NCBI GenBank assembly: GCA_023246715.1
Contig: JAHFHZ010000002.1
Location: 1 to 62,786 of the forward strand
DNA: 62,786 nucleotides
Reading direction: 5' to 3'
Source of the DNA: Candidatus Magasanikiibacteriota bacterium
GTDB lineage: Bacteria; Patescibacteriota; Patescibacteriia; Magasanikbacterales; GWA2-37-8
A model generated the notes under the pieces. That model made no database searches, was not told the DNA's origin, and worked only from the letters and a program-made list of their open reading frames with translations. A program made the translations under genes and the position numbers. Shown in pieces: positions 1 through 9,972 of the stretch; within the stretch, counting starts at the first letter, position 1, and each line of letters starts with the position of its first letter.

Positions 1-183
1 ATGGCCAAGACGTTTTCGTGGGAAATAGTTTCCATACGAATATATAAGTTTACCGATAATAACGCTTACCAACGGCAGTGGTACTACAGGCGCCCGCGTC
101 AAGCGCACTCCCACGTGCCAATTACCGATTAATTAAGTAAACAGGTTGCTACTTTCGACAAAGCACCAAACTGTTAGGCGTAA

Positions 184-972
184 TTAATGATGTTCTTCGT
201 CACCATGTGGCTCACTAGAGGCCACCGTCATATACACCAGCGCCAGAATGGCAAATACACTCGCCTGAATAAGGCCGACTAAAAGCTCAAGGAGCATAAA
301 GGGTGTCGGGACAACCACCGCCACGATACTGGTAATAACCGTTATCAGGACTTCACCTGCAAAAATATTACCGAATAAACGCAGCGACAACGAGAGAACC
401 TTGGAGGCTTCACTAACAATTTCGATGAGGCCTACCGCAAACTCAACCAACCCCCTAAAAATACCGATTGGTCCTTTACGTAAACTTTTTACCAAAGAAC
501 CAAGTTGGATAAACTTGTTAATATGCGTAAAAAAACCGACGGTCAAAAAACCAAAGATGTGCGAGGACACTACCGTTACGAGCGCCATTGCCAACGTCAA
601 ATTTAAGTCAGTGTTTGCCGGGCGAAGTAAAAAAGTATGGCCGACAGTGATACTACCAGTGCCTGGCAGAAGGCCCAGCCAATTGGAAAGCAGGATAAAG
701 AAAAAAACCGAGCCCGCGAGCGGCAAAAAGCGCATTGTTTTGGCTCGATCGCCAGTGACTTGGTCAAAATAGCTAAGCAGTGTGTCCAAAAAATATTCCA
801 TGCCGTTCTGAAAGTTACCCGGGCGGACAGCAAAACGTTTCCGGACAATTAAACCGAAGCCTAAAAAAATAAAAAGCGCGATCCACGCGTTTATAATGGT
901 GTTAGTAATTGGAAACGGCCCAAGATGAAAAAGGATTTCGGGTGCCAGGGACGGTATGTGTGGTTCAACCAT
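184..972 (-). CDS. atpB: F0F1 ATP synthase subunit a
   Basis: 262-aa polytopic ORF with the subunit-a signature LSLRLFGNIFAGEVL near the C-terminus. It follows an AtpZ/AtpI-like gene, as in atp operons. Confidence 0.9.
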   Translation of the reverse strand: MVEPHIPSLAPEILFHLGPFPITNTIINAWIALFIFLGFGLIVRKRFAVRPGNFQNGMEYFLDTLLSYFDQVTGDRAKTMRFLPLAGSVFFFILLSNWLGLLPGTGSITVGHTFLLRPANTDLNLTLAMALVTVVSSHIFGFLTVGFFTHINKFIQLGSLVKSLRKGPIGIFRGLVEFAVGLIEIVSEASKVLSLSLRLFGNIFAGEVLITVITSIVAVVVPTPFMLLELLVGLIQASVFAILALVYMTVASSEPHGDEEHH

Positions 973-982
973 ACATGATAAA

Positions 983-1285
983 TTAAGTGTCTTTCAATTT
1001 TGACTCCGCAGAAGTTCCCGTTCCTTTGCGGCCAAGTTCGTTTATTTTTTCAAACTCTTCACCATACATCTTTGATTTTCGCTTGATAATGATCGTCGTA
1101 AACACCATGGCGACAAATAACCCCCCAAACATAAACCAGGGAACGGTGCCGTATTTTTCATCTACATAGCGCCCTGCCCAGGCCAGGACTACCGCAGGAA
1201 TAGCAATGTTGACGCTAAAATCCCCCACGATTCTCAAAGCGAACAAATAGTACAGGCGATCAGTGGAAGGCTTTTTATCGGTCAT
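983..1285 (-). CDS. AtpZ/AtpI-like small membrane protein
   Basis: 100-aa ORF with two hydrophobic helices, immediately upstream of atpB on the same strand. Position and size fit the AtpZ/AtpI family. Confidence 0.55.
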   Translation of the reverse strand: MTDKKPSTDRLYYLFALRIVGDFSVNIAIPAVVLAWAGRYVDEKYGTVPWFMFGGLFVAMVFTTIIIKRKSKMYGEEFEKINELGRKGTGTSAESKLKDT

Positions 1286-1349
1286 AAAGTGGAATTATTT
1301 TACTTGATAACCGTCAAAACGTCAAGAGATTTTGGGATTTGAGCGAGAG

Positions 1350-4031
1350 TTACCGTTTACTCCCGCGTCTTTGCAGCCTTTTGGCTATTTCCAGCGCAGG
1401 GATTATCAAAAAGGCGCAGGAAATCACAATCAACCAGTCGCCTTTTGTGAGCGAAAAAGTGTTGAAGGTTTTTTGCAGGAATGGGACATAAATTATGAGC
1501 ACAAGCAAGAGGAGCTCCCAGCCAACCGCGCGGTTCAACCATTTATTAGTGAAGAAATCTTTAAAGACTGACTGCTGTTCGGAACGAAAACTATAGGCCT
1601 TGAAAAATTGAATCAAAACCAGTGACACAAAGACCATCGTCATCGCTTCTTGCGCGCTGCGCCCGGAACGATATGCCCAGACAAAAAGCGATAAGTTTAG
1701 CAGTGTTGAGGCAAGCCCGCCGACAGCAATTAGGGTGGTCACTTTTTTGGTGAAGATGCCGGTTTTAGAAGGGCGCGGAGGCTCTTCCATAATACCTTTG
1801 GAAGGCGGATCAACAGCCAGGGCGAGGGCTGGCAGCCCATCGGTCGCCAGGTTTACATACAAAATTTGAACCGCGCTCAGGGGCAAGGGCAGCCCCAACA
1901 GGCTGGAGCCAATCATTAACCCCATTTCTCCAATATTTGAGGAAAGCAGGTACATCAGATATTTTTTTATATTCCCAAAAATTATTCTGCCCTCTTCCAC
2001 TGCCGATACAATTGAAGCGAAATTATCGTTTGTGAGCATCATATCGGAGGCCTCTTTGGTAACGTCGGTACCAGCAATTCCCATTGCAATTCCAATATCA
2101 GCCTTTTTAAGGGCCGGGGCATCGTTAACACCGTCGCCTGTCATGGCCACAATATGGCCATGCTTTTGGAGCATGCTCACGATCCGTAGTTTGTGCGCCG
2201 GCGAGACGCGTGCAAAGACAGAAATACTTTCGATATCCCGCTCCAATTCTTCGTCACTCATTTTTTCGATTTCCGTGCCGATAACGACTTTGCCCCCAGA
2301 TTGGAGCAGCCCTAATTCAAGCGCTATTGCCTGGGCGGTGATGGGGTGATCCCCAGTGATCATGGCCAGTTTTATGCCGGCTTTTTTACAGGTTTCAATA
2401 GCTTGCTTTGCTTCTGGTCGCGGCGGATCGATCATTCCGAATAAACCTAAAAAGGTCAGATTATTTTCGTGAATTTCGATACTGGTAATGTCGGCGGTCG
2501 CCACGGCAATAACCCGAAGCGCCTCGCGCGACATGTCTTCACCAGCTTGCAGAATATTTTTCCGCGTCTCTTCATCAAGCGGAACAGTATTTTTGGCATC
2601 ACGGTAGTCTTTGCAGGCATTCAAAATAACTTCCAGCGCGCCCTTGCTATAAATCCGATTCGTGGCCTCGTACCGATGCAGGGTACTCATCCGCTTTGTT
2701 TCGGAGCTAAAAGGAAGCTCCGCCAGACGGACGAATTTATCGTCTAACACGGCTTTATCCAAACCGGCTTTAGCGGCGGCTACCACTAACGCGCCCTCGG
2801 TCGGGTCCCCGCTTACCTCCCACTGCCCTTCGTGTTTTTTTATATGAGCATCAGAAGCAAGAAGGCCGGCTTCCAGCAAGCCAAGCAGCTGGACGGAGGG
2901 AGCAAATTTTTCGGAACCTACCTTAAAATCTCCAGAAGGCTCATATCCGCTGCCTGATATGTCGATAATTCCGACTCCCGGCAGCAAAATTTTGCGCGTG
3001 GTCATCTCATCTTTGGTGAGCGTGCCTGTTTTGTCCGAACAAATTATCGTAGTGGCGCCAAGGGTTTCAACTGCGGGCAAGCGTCGAACTAAAGCATTGC
3101 GCTTTACCATGCGCTGCACGCCAATAGCAAGCGAAATTGTGACCACAGCGGGTAGGGCTTCGGGAACAACCGCCACCGCCAGAGCGATTCCGAAAATAAA
3201 CAATTCAAGGAATGGCTGGGAGCGCAGCAACCCAAGCGCGATAACCACCACCACCAAACAAAAAGCGATTTTGGCTAAATTTTTACCGATCTTATCTAAA
3301 TTTTTCTGGAGCGGCGTTTCGCTGGCTTCAACCGACTCCAGGAGATGAGCTATTTTACCAAACTCAGTTTGCATGGCTGTCGCTACCACCACGGCCAGCC
3401 CACGCCCATAGGTGGCCGCGGTACCGGCAAAGACCATGTTTTTACGATCCCCAAGTGGGAGGTCTTGCTGGGCTAATCCCTCTGATTTTTTTTCAACCGG
3501 AATAGACTCTCCGGTTAGGGCAGCCTCTTCAATTTTTAAATTAATTGCTTTAATCAGGCGCGCGTCGGCGGGAATTTTATCGCCCGTAGAAATGATTATT
3601 ATATCCCCAGGCACAAGGTTTCTGGCAGCAATTTCTATTTCCTGCCCGTCGCGCATTGCCAAAGCCGTGGGTGCGGCCATTTTTTTCAAAGAATCAATGG
3701 CTTTTTCAGCGCGGTATTCCTGAATAAAGCCAAGCAAGACAGCAAATAAGACGATGACCGCGATAGCCCCGGCTTCCAAACCGTGCCCCAAAAATCCCGA
3801 CAGCACACTCGCGCCTAACAAAATTAAAATTAAAACATTCTTAAACTGTTCTATTAACAAGCTCAAGGCGGAAACTTTTTTACCTCCGGATAATTCATTA
3901 AACCCGTACTTCTCCAGCCGTTCGGCGGCCTGTTTGGAATCAAGCCCTTTTTCCGCAGAGACATTAAACATTTTTAAAATATCTTCCCCAGCGGAAACGT
4001 GCCACAGCTCTATTTTTTTATCTTCTTGCAT
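1350..4031 (-). CDS. Cation-transporting P-type ATPase (type IIA, Ca2+/SERCA-like)
   Basis: Contains the phosphorylation motif CSDKTGTLT, the hinge motif MTGDGVNDAPALKKADIGIAMG, and VPEALPAV in TM4. The ATG at 4031 (MQEDKK...) is chosen over the non-ATG start at 4079. Confidence 0.9.
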   Translation of the reverse strand: MQEDKKIELWHVSAGEDILKMFNVSAEKGLDSKQAAERLEKYGFNELSGGKKVSALSLLIEQFKNVLILILLGASVLSGFLGHGLEAGAIAVIVLFAVLLGFIQEYRAEKAIDSLKKMAAPTALAMRDGQEIEIAARNLVPGDIIIISTGDKIPADARLIKAINLKIEEAALTGESIPVEKKSEGLAQQDLPLGDRKNMVFAGTAATYGRGLAVVVATAMQTEFGKIAHLLESVEASETPLQKNLDKIGKNLAKIAFCLVVVVIALGLLRSQPFLELFIFGIALAVAVVPEALPAVVTISLAIGVQRMVKRNALVRRLPAVETLGATTIICSDKTGTLTKDEMTTRKILLPGVGIIDISGSGYEPSGDFKVGSEKFAPSVQLLGLLEAGLLASDAHIKKHEGQWEVSGDPTEGALVVAAAKAGLDKAVLDDKFVRLAELPFSSETKRMSTLHRYEATNRIYSKGALEVILNACKDYRDAKNTVPLDEETRKNILQAGEDMSREALRVIAVATADITSIEIHENNLTFLGLFGMIDPPRPEAKQAIETCKKAGIKLAMITGDHPITAQAIALELGLLQSGGKVVIGTEIEKMSDEELERDIESISVFARVSPAHKLRIVSMLQKHGHIVAMTGDGVNDAPALKKADIGIAMGIAGTDVTKEASDMMLTNDNFASIVSAVEEGRIIFGNIKKYLMYLLSSNIGEMGLMIGSSLLGLPLPLSAVQILYVNLATDGLPALALAVDPPSKGIMEEPPRPSKTGIFTKKVTTLIAVGGLASTLLNLSLFVWAYRSGRSAQEAMTMVFVSLVLIQFFKAYSFRSEQQSVFKDFFTNKWLNRAVGWELLLLVLIIYVPFLQKTFNTFSLTKGDWLIVISCAFLIIPALEIAKRLQRRGSKR

Positions 4032-4079
4032 AGTAACAATAGAATTTAAGCAATCAGTAACTATAGTTATAATAACCAA

Positions 4080-4937
4080 TTATCCTAACTTTATAAATAG
4101 GGCTCGGGCATTCGCGGTGGTGGCTTCTTGTACTTCAGAGGGTTCGCAGCCCTTGATTTCGGCAATTTTTTTGGCGACTTCTTCAACCATCCACGGTTCG
4201 GCGCGTTTGCCTCGATACGATCCGGGAGCCAGATACGGCGCATCGGTTTCGAGCAACATCCGGTCGAGAGGACACTTTTTAACTACTTCCAGAAGCGCCT
4301 GCTGCGCGCCAGGATCGCTCTTTTTTGGGGGAAAAGTGATAATACCGGTAAAACCAAGGTAGAGTCCCAAATCCAAAAATTGGACGGCGTTTTCCCAGTT
4401 GCTTATAAAACAATGAACAACTCCCCTCACCTGTGATTCGCCACGGACATTAAGCTCGGTTCGGAGTAACTCCAGCATTTCTCCATAAGCGTCACGCACA
4501 TGAATGACGAGCGGCAAATCCATTTCACGCGCGAGCTTAACATGTTGCAAAAAAACTGCTTGTTGCTTGGCCAAAACAATTTCACGTGAAATACCATCAG
4601 GCAGGCGGTATAAATCTAATCCACATTCACCAATACCGATTGTTTTGGGATGAGCGGCTAATTTTTTGTATTGTTCGTAATCAAAATTTTCTTCGCGGGT
4701 TTGAAACGATGATTCTTCCTCATCGAGATGCTGTGAAAATAAATGTACCGGATGCAACCCGACACTGGCAAAAACCCCTGGGTATTTTTCGGCCAGAGCC
4801 AATGCCCCCGCACTGGTACTGGCCTGAGTTCCCACCAGATTCATGAGGACGTCTTTGCCTAACGTGCGTTGTATTACCTCGTCCGCATCGGCTTTAAAGG
4901 CGTTGAAATGCACGTGGCAATGGGTATCGACCAACAT
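4080..4937 (-). CDS. TatD-family metal-dependent hydrolase/DNase
   Basis: The N-terminal MLVDTHCHVHF metal-binding motif and the 285-aa length are typical of TatD/YcfH. Confidence 0.85.
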   Translation of the reverse strand: MLVDTHCHVHFNAFKADADEVIQRTLGKDVLMNLVGTQASTSAGALALAEKYPGVFASVGLHPVHLFSQHLDEEESSFQTREENFDYEQYKKLAAHPKTIGIGECGLDLYRLPDGISREIVLAKQQAVFLQHVKLAREMDLPLVIHVRDAYGEMLELLRTELNVRGESQVRGVVHCFISNWENAVQFLDLGLYLGFTGIITFPPKKSDPGAQQALLEVVKKCPLDRMLLETDAPYLAPGSYRGKRAEPWMVEEVAKKIAEIKGCEPSEVQEATTANARALFIKLG

Positions 4938-4947
4938 ATCAAAATTT

Positions 4948-5553
4948 CTAACGGAATTTTAAAGCAGACGTACTAAAACCTTCAGGAATTTTGAACTCCT
5001 TGGGCAATGCCGGTAATTTTACATTCGGCATGCCTCCGCCGGTAAAACTAGTGACGGCCTGTAAAACATTTTCATCTAGTAGCGGCCACAAGAAAGAGGT
5101 TAACGGGACAATACGTTTGGCCATTTTGGATTTCTCGACAGCCTCCATGAAAGCTGGGCTAGGGGGGAATTTGCTGACAAAAAACAAAGCGATACCGACC
5201 ACAATTACCCCTTCAATGAGGCCAAACCCAGCGCCAAGCAACCGATCGAGGCTGCCCAAAATTGGCAGACGGGCTAAAATCCCGAATAATTTGTTGGCCG
5301 CCCAAAATACAATCCCCACCAGGCGGTTACTAATGACGAACAAAATAATAAAAACAACAATACGGACAAAATTTTCGTTCCAATGGGTAAAATTAATCAA
5401 CCACTTGGCCAGCGGTTCATAATAATGACTGGCCACGTAAATACCCAGAATAGTGCCGACCACCGAGCCCAGCGCCTGAATGAGCCCGGACTTATAACCA
5501 AAATACGCGAAAGCCACGAGGGTTATCGCGATGATAATGTCTACTAGAGACAT
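4948..5553 (-). CDS. cvpA: CvpA-family membrane protein
   Basis: 201-aa ORF with four predicted TM helices. The N-terminus (DIIIAITLVAFAYFGYKSGLI) is typical of colicin V production protein family members. Confidence 0.65.
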   Translation of the reverse strand: MSLVDIIIAITLVAFAYFGYKSGLIQALGSVVGTILGIYVASHYYEPLAKWLINFTHWNENFVRIVVFIILFVISNRLVGIVFWAANKLFGILARLPILGSLDRLLGAGFGLIEGVIVVGIALFFVSKFPPSPAFMEAVEKSKMAKRIVPLTSFLWPLLDENVLQAVTSFTGGGMPNVKLPALPKEFKIPEGFSTSALKFR

Positions 5554-5572
5554 ACGAAGTGTGGGTTAAAAA

Positions 5573-7123
5573 TTAGGAAACAACAACTTTGGGAGCTTGT
5601 AAACGAGGAAACAGCTGGGCGCTGGCGATTGTTTTGTTGCCTACAGTCAGTTCTACCCATTGAGATAATTCTGCTAGGGGTTTGGCGAACTCGATGGCGG
5701 TTTCCAAACCTAGGGCGGTAATTATTTTTTCGGCTGTCTCGGGAAGTACGGGCCAGACCATCGTGGCGATATGGCGAAGCGCTTCGGCGAGGTAATACAA
5801 CAAATCGTCAACTTCGCTGGCGCGGCCATCTTTAATCATCACCCAGGGGCGGCGGTCGGAAATAAGCTGATCACAGTACGCGACGAACTTCCACGCTTCT
5901 TCGAGCGCCTGGTCAAAACGCCAACGGCTCATAGCCGCCTGATACGCTGGCCAAATTTTATGTTTTAACAGATCGGACATTTCGTGGTTTACGTTTTCGA
6001 CTTCGGGAATAACCCCGCCGGTATATTTATCGATCATCGAAAATACCCGGCTGGCCAGATTACCCAATCCGTTGGCCAAATCGCCTTGATAGCGTTCTAA
6101 AAATTTGGCGCGTGAAAAATCGCCGTCGTTATCAAACGGAATTTCACGCATAAAAAAATAACGCAGCGCTTCGAGCGGGTACTCTTCAATCAGGGCCAGC
6201 GGATTGACCACGTTACCGATGGTTTTGCTCATCTTTTGGCCTTCAACGGTAATCCAGCCATGCACGGCAATCTGCCGTGGGGGTTCGAGCCCGGCGGCCA
6301 TGAGCATCGCTGGCCACAAGAGCGAATGAAAACGATTAATTTCTTTGCCGACCATATTAACGCCGGGCCAAAACTTGCGCAGCAGGCTTTCGTCGGCGCT
6401 GCCATAGCCAAGCGCGGTAATATAATTGGTGAGGGCATCAAACCAAACGTACATGACTTGCGCATCGTCGCCCGGCACCGGGACCCCCCAGGGTAATTTT
6501 TCTTTGACCCGTGAAATACTTACGTCTTCGAGGCCGCTTTTGAGCATATTGACCATTTCACGCGAACGGCCTTCGGGGTGGACAAAGTGGGGATTTTTTT
6601 CAAATAAAAACTCCAGCGGTTCCTGATAGCGAGAGAGGCGAAAGAAATAGTTTTCTTCGGTGAGCTGTTCGGGCACTGTTAAATGATCCGAGCATTTACC
6701 ATTAACCAGATCTTTTTCAGTTTTAAAACTTTCACAGCCCACGCAGTATAGCCCCGTATAGGCTTTTTTATAGATATCCCCGCTTTGCTGGACTGATTGC
6801 CAAAATTTTTGAGCGCCCAAGCGATGACGATCTTCGGTGGTGCGGATAAAATCGTTATTGGTGATATTCCATTGATCGGCCATGTTTTGGAATAAAGCGG
6901 ACATTTTTTCGGCGTAGCTGCCCGGGGTCATGCCAAATTCGCGGGCGGTTTTGAGAACTTTTTGGCCATGCTCGTCGGTGCCGGTGAGAAAAAAAACCTC
7001 ATTACCCAGCAAGCGTTGGTAACGGGCCATGGTGTCGGCGTACAAAAATTCCAATAAGTGCCCAATGTGCGGCTCGGCGTTGGCGTAGGGAATGGCGGTG
7101 CTGATGAAAAAATTATCTGGCAT
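5573..7123 (-). CDS. metG: Methionine--tRNA ligase
   Basis: Class I HIGH motif (PHIGHLLE) and KMSKS motif (KMSKTIGN), with MetRS-type CxxC knuckles. The ATG at 7123 is preferred; the TTG at 7138 overlaps the rsmI stop as TTGA. Confidence 0.92.
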   Translation of the reverse strand: MPDNFFISTAIPYANAEPHIGHLLEFLYADTMARYQRLLGNEVFFLTGTDEHGQKVLKTAREFGMTPGSYAEKMSALFQNMADQWNITNNDFIRTTEDRHRLGAQKFWQSVQQSGDIYKKAYTGLYCVGCESFKTEKDLVNGKCSDHLTVPEQLTEENYFFRLSRYQEPLEFLFEKNPHFVHPEGRSREMVNMLKSGLEDVSISRVKEKLPWGVPVPGDDAQVMYVWFDALTNYITALGYGSADESLLRKFWPGVNMVGKEINRFHSLLWPAMLMAAGLEPPRQIAVHGWITVEGQKMSKTIGNVVNPLALIEEYPLEALRYFFMREIPFDNDGDFSRAKFLERYQGDLANGLGNLASRVFSMIDKYTGGVIPEVENVNHEMSDLLKHKIWPAYQAAMSRWRFDQALEEAWKFVAYCDQLISDRRPWVMIKDGRASEVDDLLYYLAEALRHIATMVWPVLPETAEKIITALGLETAIEFAKPLAELSQWVELTVGNKTIASAQLFPRLQAPKVVVS

Positions 7124-7134
7124 ATGGGATACAA

Positions 7135-7821
7135 TCAATTTGCTGAAGGGCTTACCACTACCACGAATTCTCCGCGCTCATCGGGGGCGGCGGCAACCAA
7201 TTGAGCCACCGTGCCTCGATAGATTGTCTCAAATTTTTTGGTTAATTCCCGGCAGACTACGATCTGGCGGTTTGGATGTAACAACGCGGAAAGTTCGGCT
7301 AGGCATCGCGTGATGCGGTGGCCTGATTCATAAAACACTACAGTGTGAGAACTTTGTTCAACTTCTTTAAAAAATTTTTGCCGTTTATTTTTGTGAGGGG
7401 GAAACCCCAAAAACAGAAATTTATCCGTAGGCAGCCCCGAGACAGACAGGGCGGTAATTAGCGCCGAAGGACCGGGAATGGGGATGATTTGGATTTGCGG
7501 ATTACCAATCAAGTGCGCAACCAATACATTCCCCGGATCACTAATACCCGGGGTACCGGCATCGGTTACTAATGCCAAGTTTTTTCCTTCTTCCAGAAGC
7601 GCTTGGATTTCTTTTGTCTTGCGCCGGTCGCTATGTTGGTGATAACTCAAAAGCGAACGCTGTATTTGATAATGTTGTAACAATTTGGCCGTTACACGGG
7701 TATCCTCGCATAAAATAACATCTACCGAGCGTAAAATAGACAGCGCCCGGAGGGTTATGTCGTCTAAATTGCCGATCGGCGTTGCCACTACATATAAAAT
7801 CCCAGTCGGCATAAACACCAT
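7135..7821 (-). CDS. rsmI: 16S rRNA (cytidine1402-2'-O)-methyltransferase
   Basis: The N-terminus GILYVVATPIGNLDDITLRAL and the tetrapyrrole-methylase fold length (228 aa) are diagnostic of RsmI. Confidence 0.9.
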   Translation of the reverse strand: MVFMPTGILYVVATPIGNLDDITLRALSILRSVDVILCEDTRVTAKLLQHYQIQRSLLSYHQHSDRRKTKEIQALLEEGKNLALVTDAGTPGISDPGNVLVAHLIGNPQIQIIPIPGPSALITALSVSGLPTDKFLFLGFPPHKNKRQKFFKEVEQSSHTVVFYESGHRITRCLAELSALLHPNRQIVVCRELTKKFETIYRGTVAQLVAAAPDERGEFVVVVSPSAN

Positions 7822-7912
7822 TATTTTACTATAATTTCGCCTAAAAGTAAAACAAAAATTAAGGGCCAGTCAATAGCTGCCCCCTCTAACCAAACTATTT
7901 AAATATGGCTTG

Positions 7913-9112
7913 CTAACTAGCGGGGTTGGGTTGCAGATGAGCAACAATTCGCTGGAGTTGTTCCAGAGTGTACTGAATATCTTGCTTGCGTGTACCACTG
8001 CCCAAAGAAAAACGAACGGCTGCGCGTGCTTGTTTTTGGGGAATGCCAATAGCAGTAAGAACATGAGAGCTACTAAGTGATTTGTCGGTACAGGCCGAAC
8101 CGGCCGAACAGCTGATGCCAAACTCATCTAAGTATAGGAGTAGCATTTCACTCTCCAATCCAGGAACAGAGATATTTAGATTATTGGGTAGTCGATCTGG
8201 CCCAATCGCCGGGCCATGCAACACGGCGTCGGGGATATTGGCAGAAAGTTCTGTCCAAAAAAAATGAGACAACTCGCGCAAATCATCGCTAACTGTTGGT
8301 TTAGCGCGCTCGCTGATTTCCAGGGCTTTGGCCAGACCAACGATGCCAGGAACATTTTCGGTGCCTGCTCGCAATCGGCGTTCTTGGCCGCCCCCATGCA
8401 TGATCGGCTGCAAGGGAACACCTCGTCGAACATACAATAAGCCGCTCCCCTTGGGTCCATACATTTTGGCCGCGTTTAAAGTAAGTAAATCGACATGCAA
8501 TTTTTCTACATCAAGCGACAAAAATCCGGCGGCTTGGCAGGCATCGGTATGAAAATAGGGCCAAGCGGTTTTATTCTTAGCGCGATATTGCAACAGGGCG
8601 CGACCGATTTCGGCGATTGGCTCAATGGTGCCAATTTCGTTGTTAGCATACATCACGGACATAAGCACCGTATCGCTCCGGATGGCCTTAAGAACTGCAG
8701 CAGGATCAACTAGGCCAGATTTATCAACCGGAATATAGGTAATTTCATACCCCCACTGCTTGAGCGCTTCTAGCGACTCAAGAACTGATTCGTGTTCAAT
8801 GGCGAGGCTGATGATGTGCTGGCCTTTTTTGGCTGACGCCTTGGCTACGCCAAAAATCGCCAGGTTGTTGGCTTCGGTGCCGCCGCTGGTAAAAATAATA
8901 TTTTCAGAGTTCGCACGCAGTATCCGCGCGATCGTCTGTCGACTTGATTCAACTGCTTGACGCGCGGCTTGGGCGTGTTTATAAATCGCCGATGGGTTAC
9001 CAAATTGTTCGGTAAAATACGGCAACATGGCCGAGAGCACCGCCGGAGCAGTCGGGGTAGCGGCAGCATGATCAAGATAGACGTGTTGAATTTTTTTTGG
9101 TTTCGCTAACAT
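7913..9112 (-). CDS. Cysteine desulfurase (NifS/IscS class V aminotransferase)
   Basis: Contains YLDHAAATP at the N-terminus and a SAGSACT active-site Cys loop. The start is set at the internal ATG (MLAKPKK) because the longer ORF overlaps the upstream gene. Confidence 0.88.
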   Translation of the reverse strand: MLAKPKKIQHVYLDHAAATPTAPAVLSAMLPYFTEQFGNPSAIYKHAQAARQAVESSRQTIARILRANSENIIFTSGGTEANNLAIFGVAKASAKKGQHIISLAIEHESVLESLEALKQWGYEITYIPVDKSGLVDPAAVLKAIRSDTVLMSVMYANNEIGTIEPIAEIGRALLQYRAKNKTAWPYFHTDACQAAGFLSLDVEKLHVDLLTLNAAKMYGPKGSGLLYVRRGVPLQPIMHGGGQERRLRAGTENVPGIVGLAKALEISERAKPTVSDDLRELSHFFWTELSANIPDAVLHGPAIGPDRLPNNLNISVPGLESEMLLLYLDEFGISCSAGSACTDKSLSSSHVLTAIGIPQKQARAAVRFSLGSGTRKQDIQYTLEQLQRIVAHLQPNPAS

Positions 9113-9125
9113 GATGCAAATTAGG

Positions 9126-9716
9126 CTAGAACGGCAAAGTGAGATTAATACTTTTTTTGGCCCCAACCACGTTTGCTTTGGGGAACGAACAATCTACCGC
9201 GAACGGCAGCATTTCGCCAGTGAGTGACTTATAGAATAGTTGACCGTTGTCTCTGCCAAATTCATACAATTCTTTGGTAACCCGCACGTCTTGTTCGCAA
9301 TATTTTTTTATTTCATCAATTTTACCTTCTTTCCACCAACGAATCGCCTGTAAACCATCGGCGCTTTTAGTGACATTATCGAGCGTGGCCGCAGCAATGT
9401 CGGCAAGCTTGAGGCGAATCCCTAGGCTTTGTTTGACACATTTCATCAGATCCAGATGGGGGAATGACAAAAGATCCCCAAGATAATAATTATTCAAAAC
9501 TGGTAAATCGAAATGTTCACTGTTAAACCCAATCAAACGATCGGCATGCTCGAATAGTGGCCAAACTTTGCCCAACTCACCTTCCGTATAGCTCTCGTAT
9601 TGGCCAGTTTCATAGCGATACAGTGAAATTACCGAAACGCGCAATTTTTTGAAGTCGTTATCTACGTCGGCGAAGGTATTTTGTGTTTCAATATCAAAAA
9701 CAATCTCATTGGGCAT
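9126..9716 (-). CDS. RNase H-fold 3'-5' exonuclease (PolB-exonuclease-like, DEDD type)
   Basis: ExoI-like FDIETQ, ExoII-like FNSEHFDLPVL and ExoIII-like YCEQDVRVT blocks occur in order in a 196-aa ORF. Confidence 0.65.
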   Translation of the reverse strand: MPNEIVFDIETQNTFADVDNDFKKLRVSVISLYRYETGQYESYTEGELGKVWPLFEHADRLIGFNSEHFDLPVLNNYYLGDLLSFPHLDLMKCVKQSLGIRLKLADIAAATLDNVTKSADGLQAIRWWKEGKIDEIKKYCEQDVRVTKELYEFGRDNGQLFYKSLTGEMLPFAVDCSFPKANVVGAKKSINLTLPF

Positions 9717-9729
9717 AACAAAAGCGCGC

Positions 9730-9963
9730 TTAAATTTTCAAAAGCTGATCAATTTTTGGTTTGTCAAAACCAATGATAATTTCGCCGTCGAAATCGATAA
9801 CCGGCACGCCCATTTGCCCGGATTTATGGATCATTTCTTCGGCTTTGGGCTGATCTTCGGCCACGTTATAATCCGTGAACGGAATATTTTTAGAAGTTAA
9901 ATACTCTTTTGCCTTATGACACCACGGGCAAGAAGGCGTGGAATAGATAAGAACGGTGGCCAT
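9730..9963 (-). CDS. Glutaredoxin-like protein (NrdH/YruB type)
   Basis: 77-aa ORF with a CPWC redox motif at residues about 12-15, consistent with a thioredoxin fold. Confidence 0.75.
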   Translation of the reverse strand: MATVLIYSTPSCPWCHKAKEYLTSKNIPFTDYNVAEDQPKAEEMIHKSGQMGVPVIDFDGEIIIGFDKPKIDQLLKI

Positions 9964-9972
9964 ACAAAAATT

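Noticed and set aside
1-183. Possible start of atpE (minus-strand ATG at 35, METISHENVLA...), a 43-codon plus-strand ORF from position 1, or a tRNA.
   Set aside because: Only 11 codons of the minus-strand frame are visible, and they do not resemble subunit c. The plus-strand ORF has no support. No tRNA-like T-arm (GGTTCGAATCC or its complement) is present.
3754-4362. A 202-aa plus-strand ORF spanning the ATPase/TatD junction. Many other 60-140-aa antisense ORFs are listed in the track (for example 401-772, 2032-2349, 2959-3348, 13451-13984, 29288-29875, 30312-30953, 45871-46422).
   Set aside because: Each is fully overlapped by a motif-supported gene on the other strand. None has recognisable motifs or a plausible start context.
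7135-7137. An alternative genetic code (UGA recoding, as in some CPR lineages).
   Set aside because: TGA functions as a stop at well-supported gene ends (rsmI 7135-7137, DUF2304 46086-46088). All conserved proteins translate full-length under the standard code.
7870-8127. An 85-aa minus-strand ORF overlapping the 3' end of the cysteine desulfurase gene in another frame.
   Set aside because: It is out of frame with and largely contained in a strongly supported gene. It has no motif, and its start lies inside nifS.
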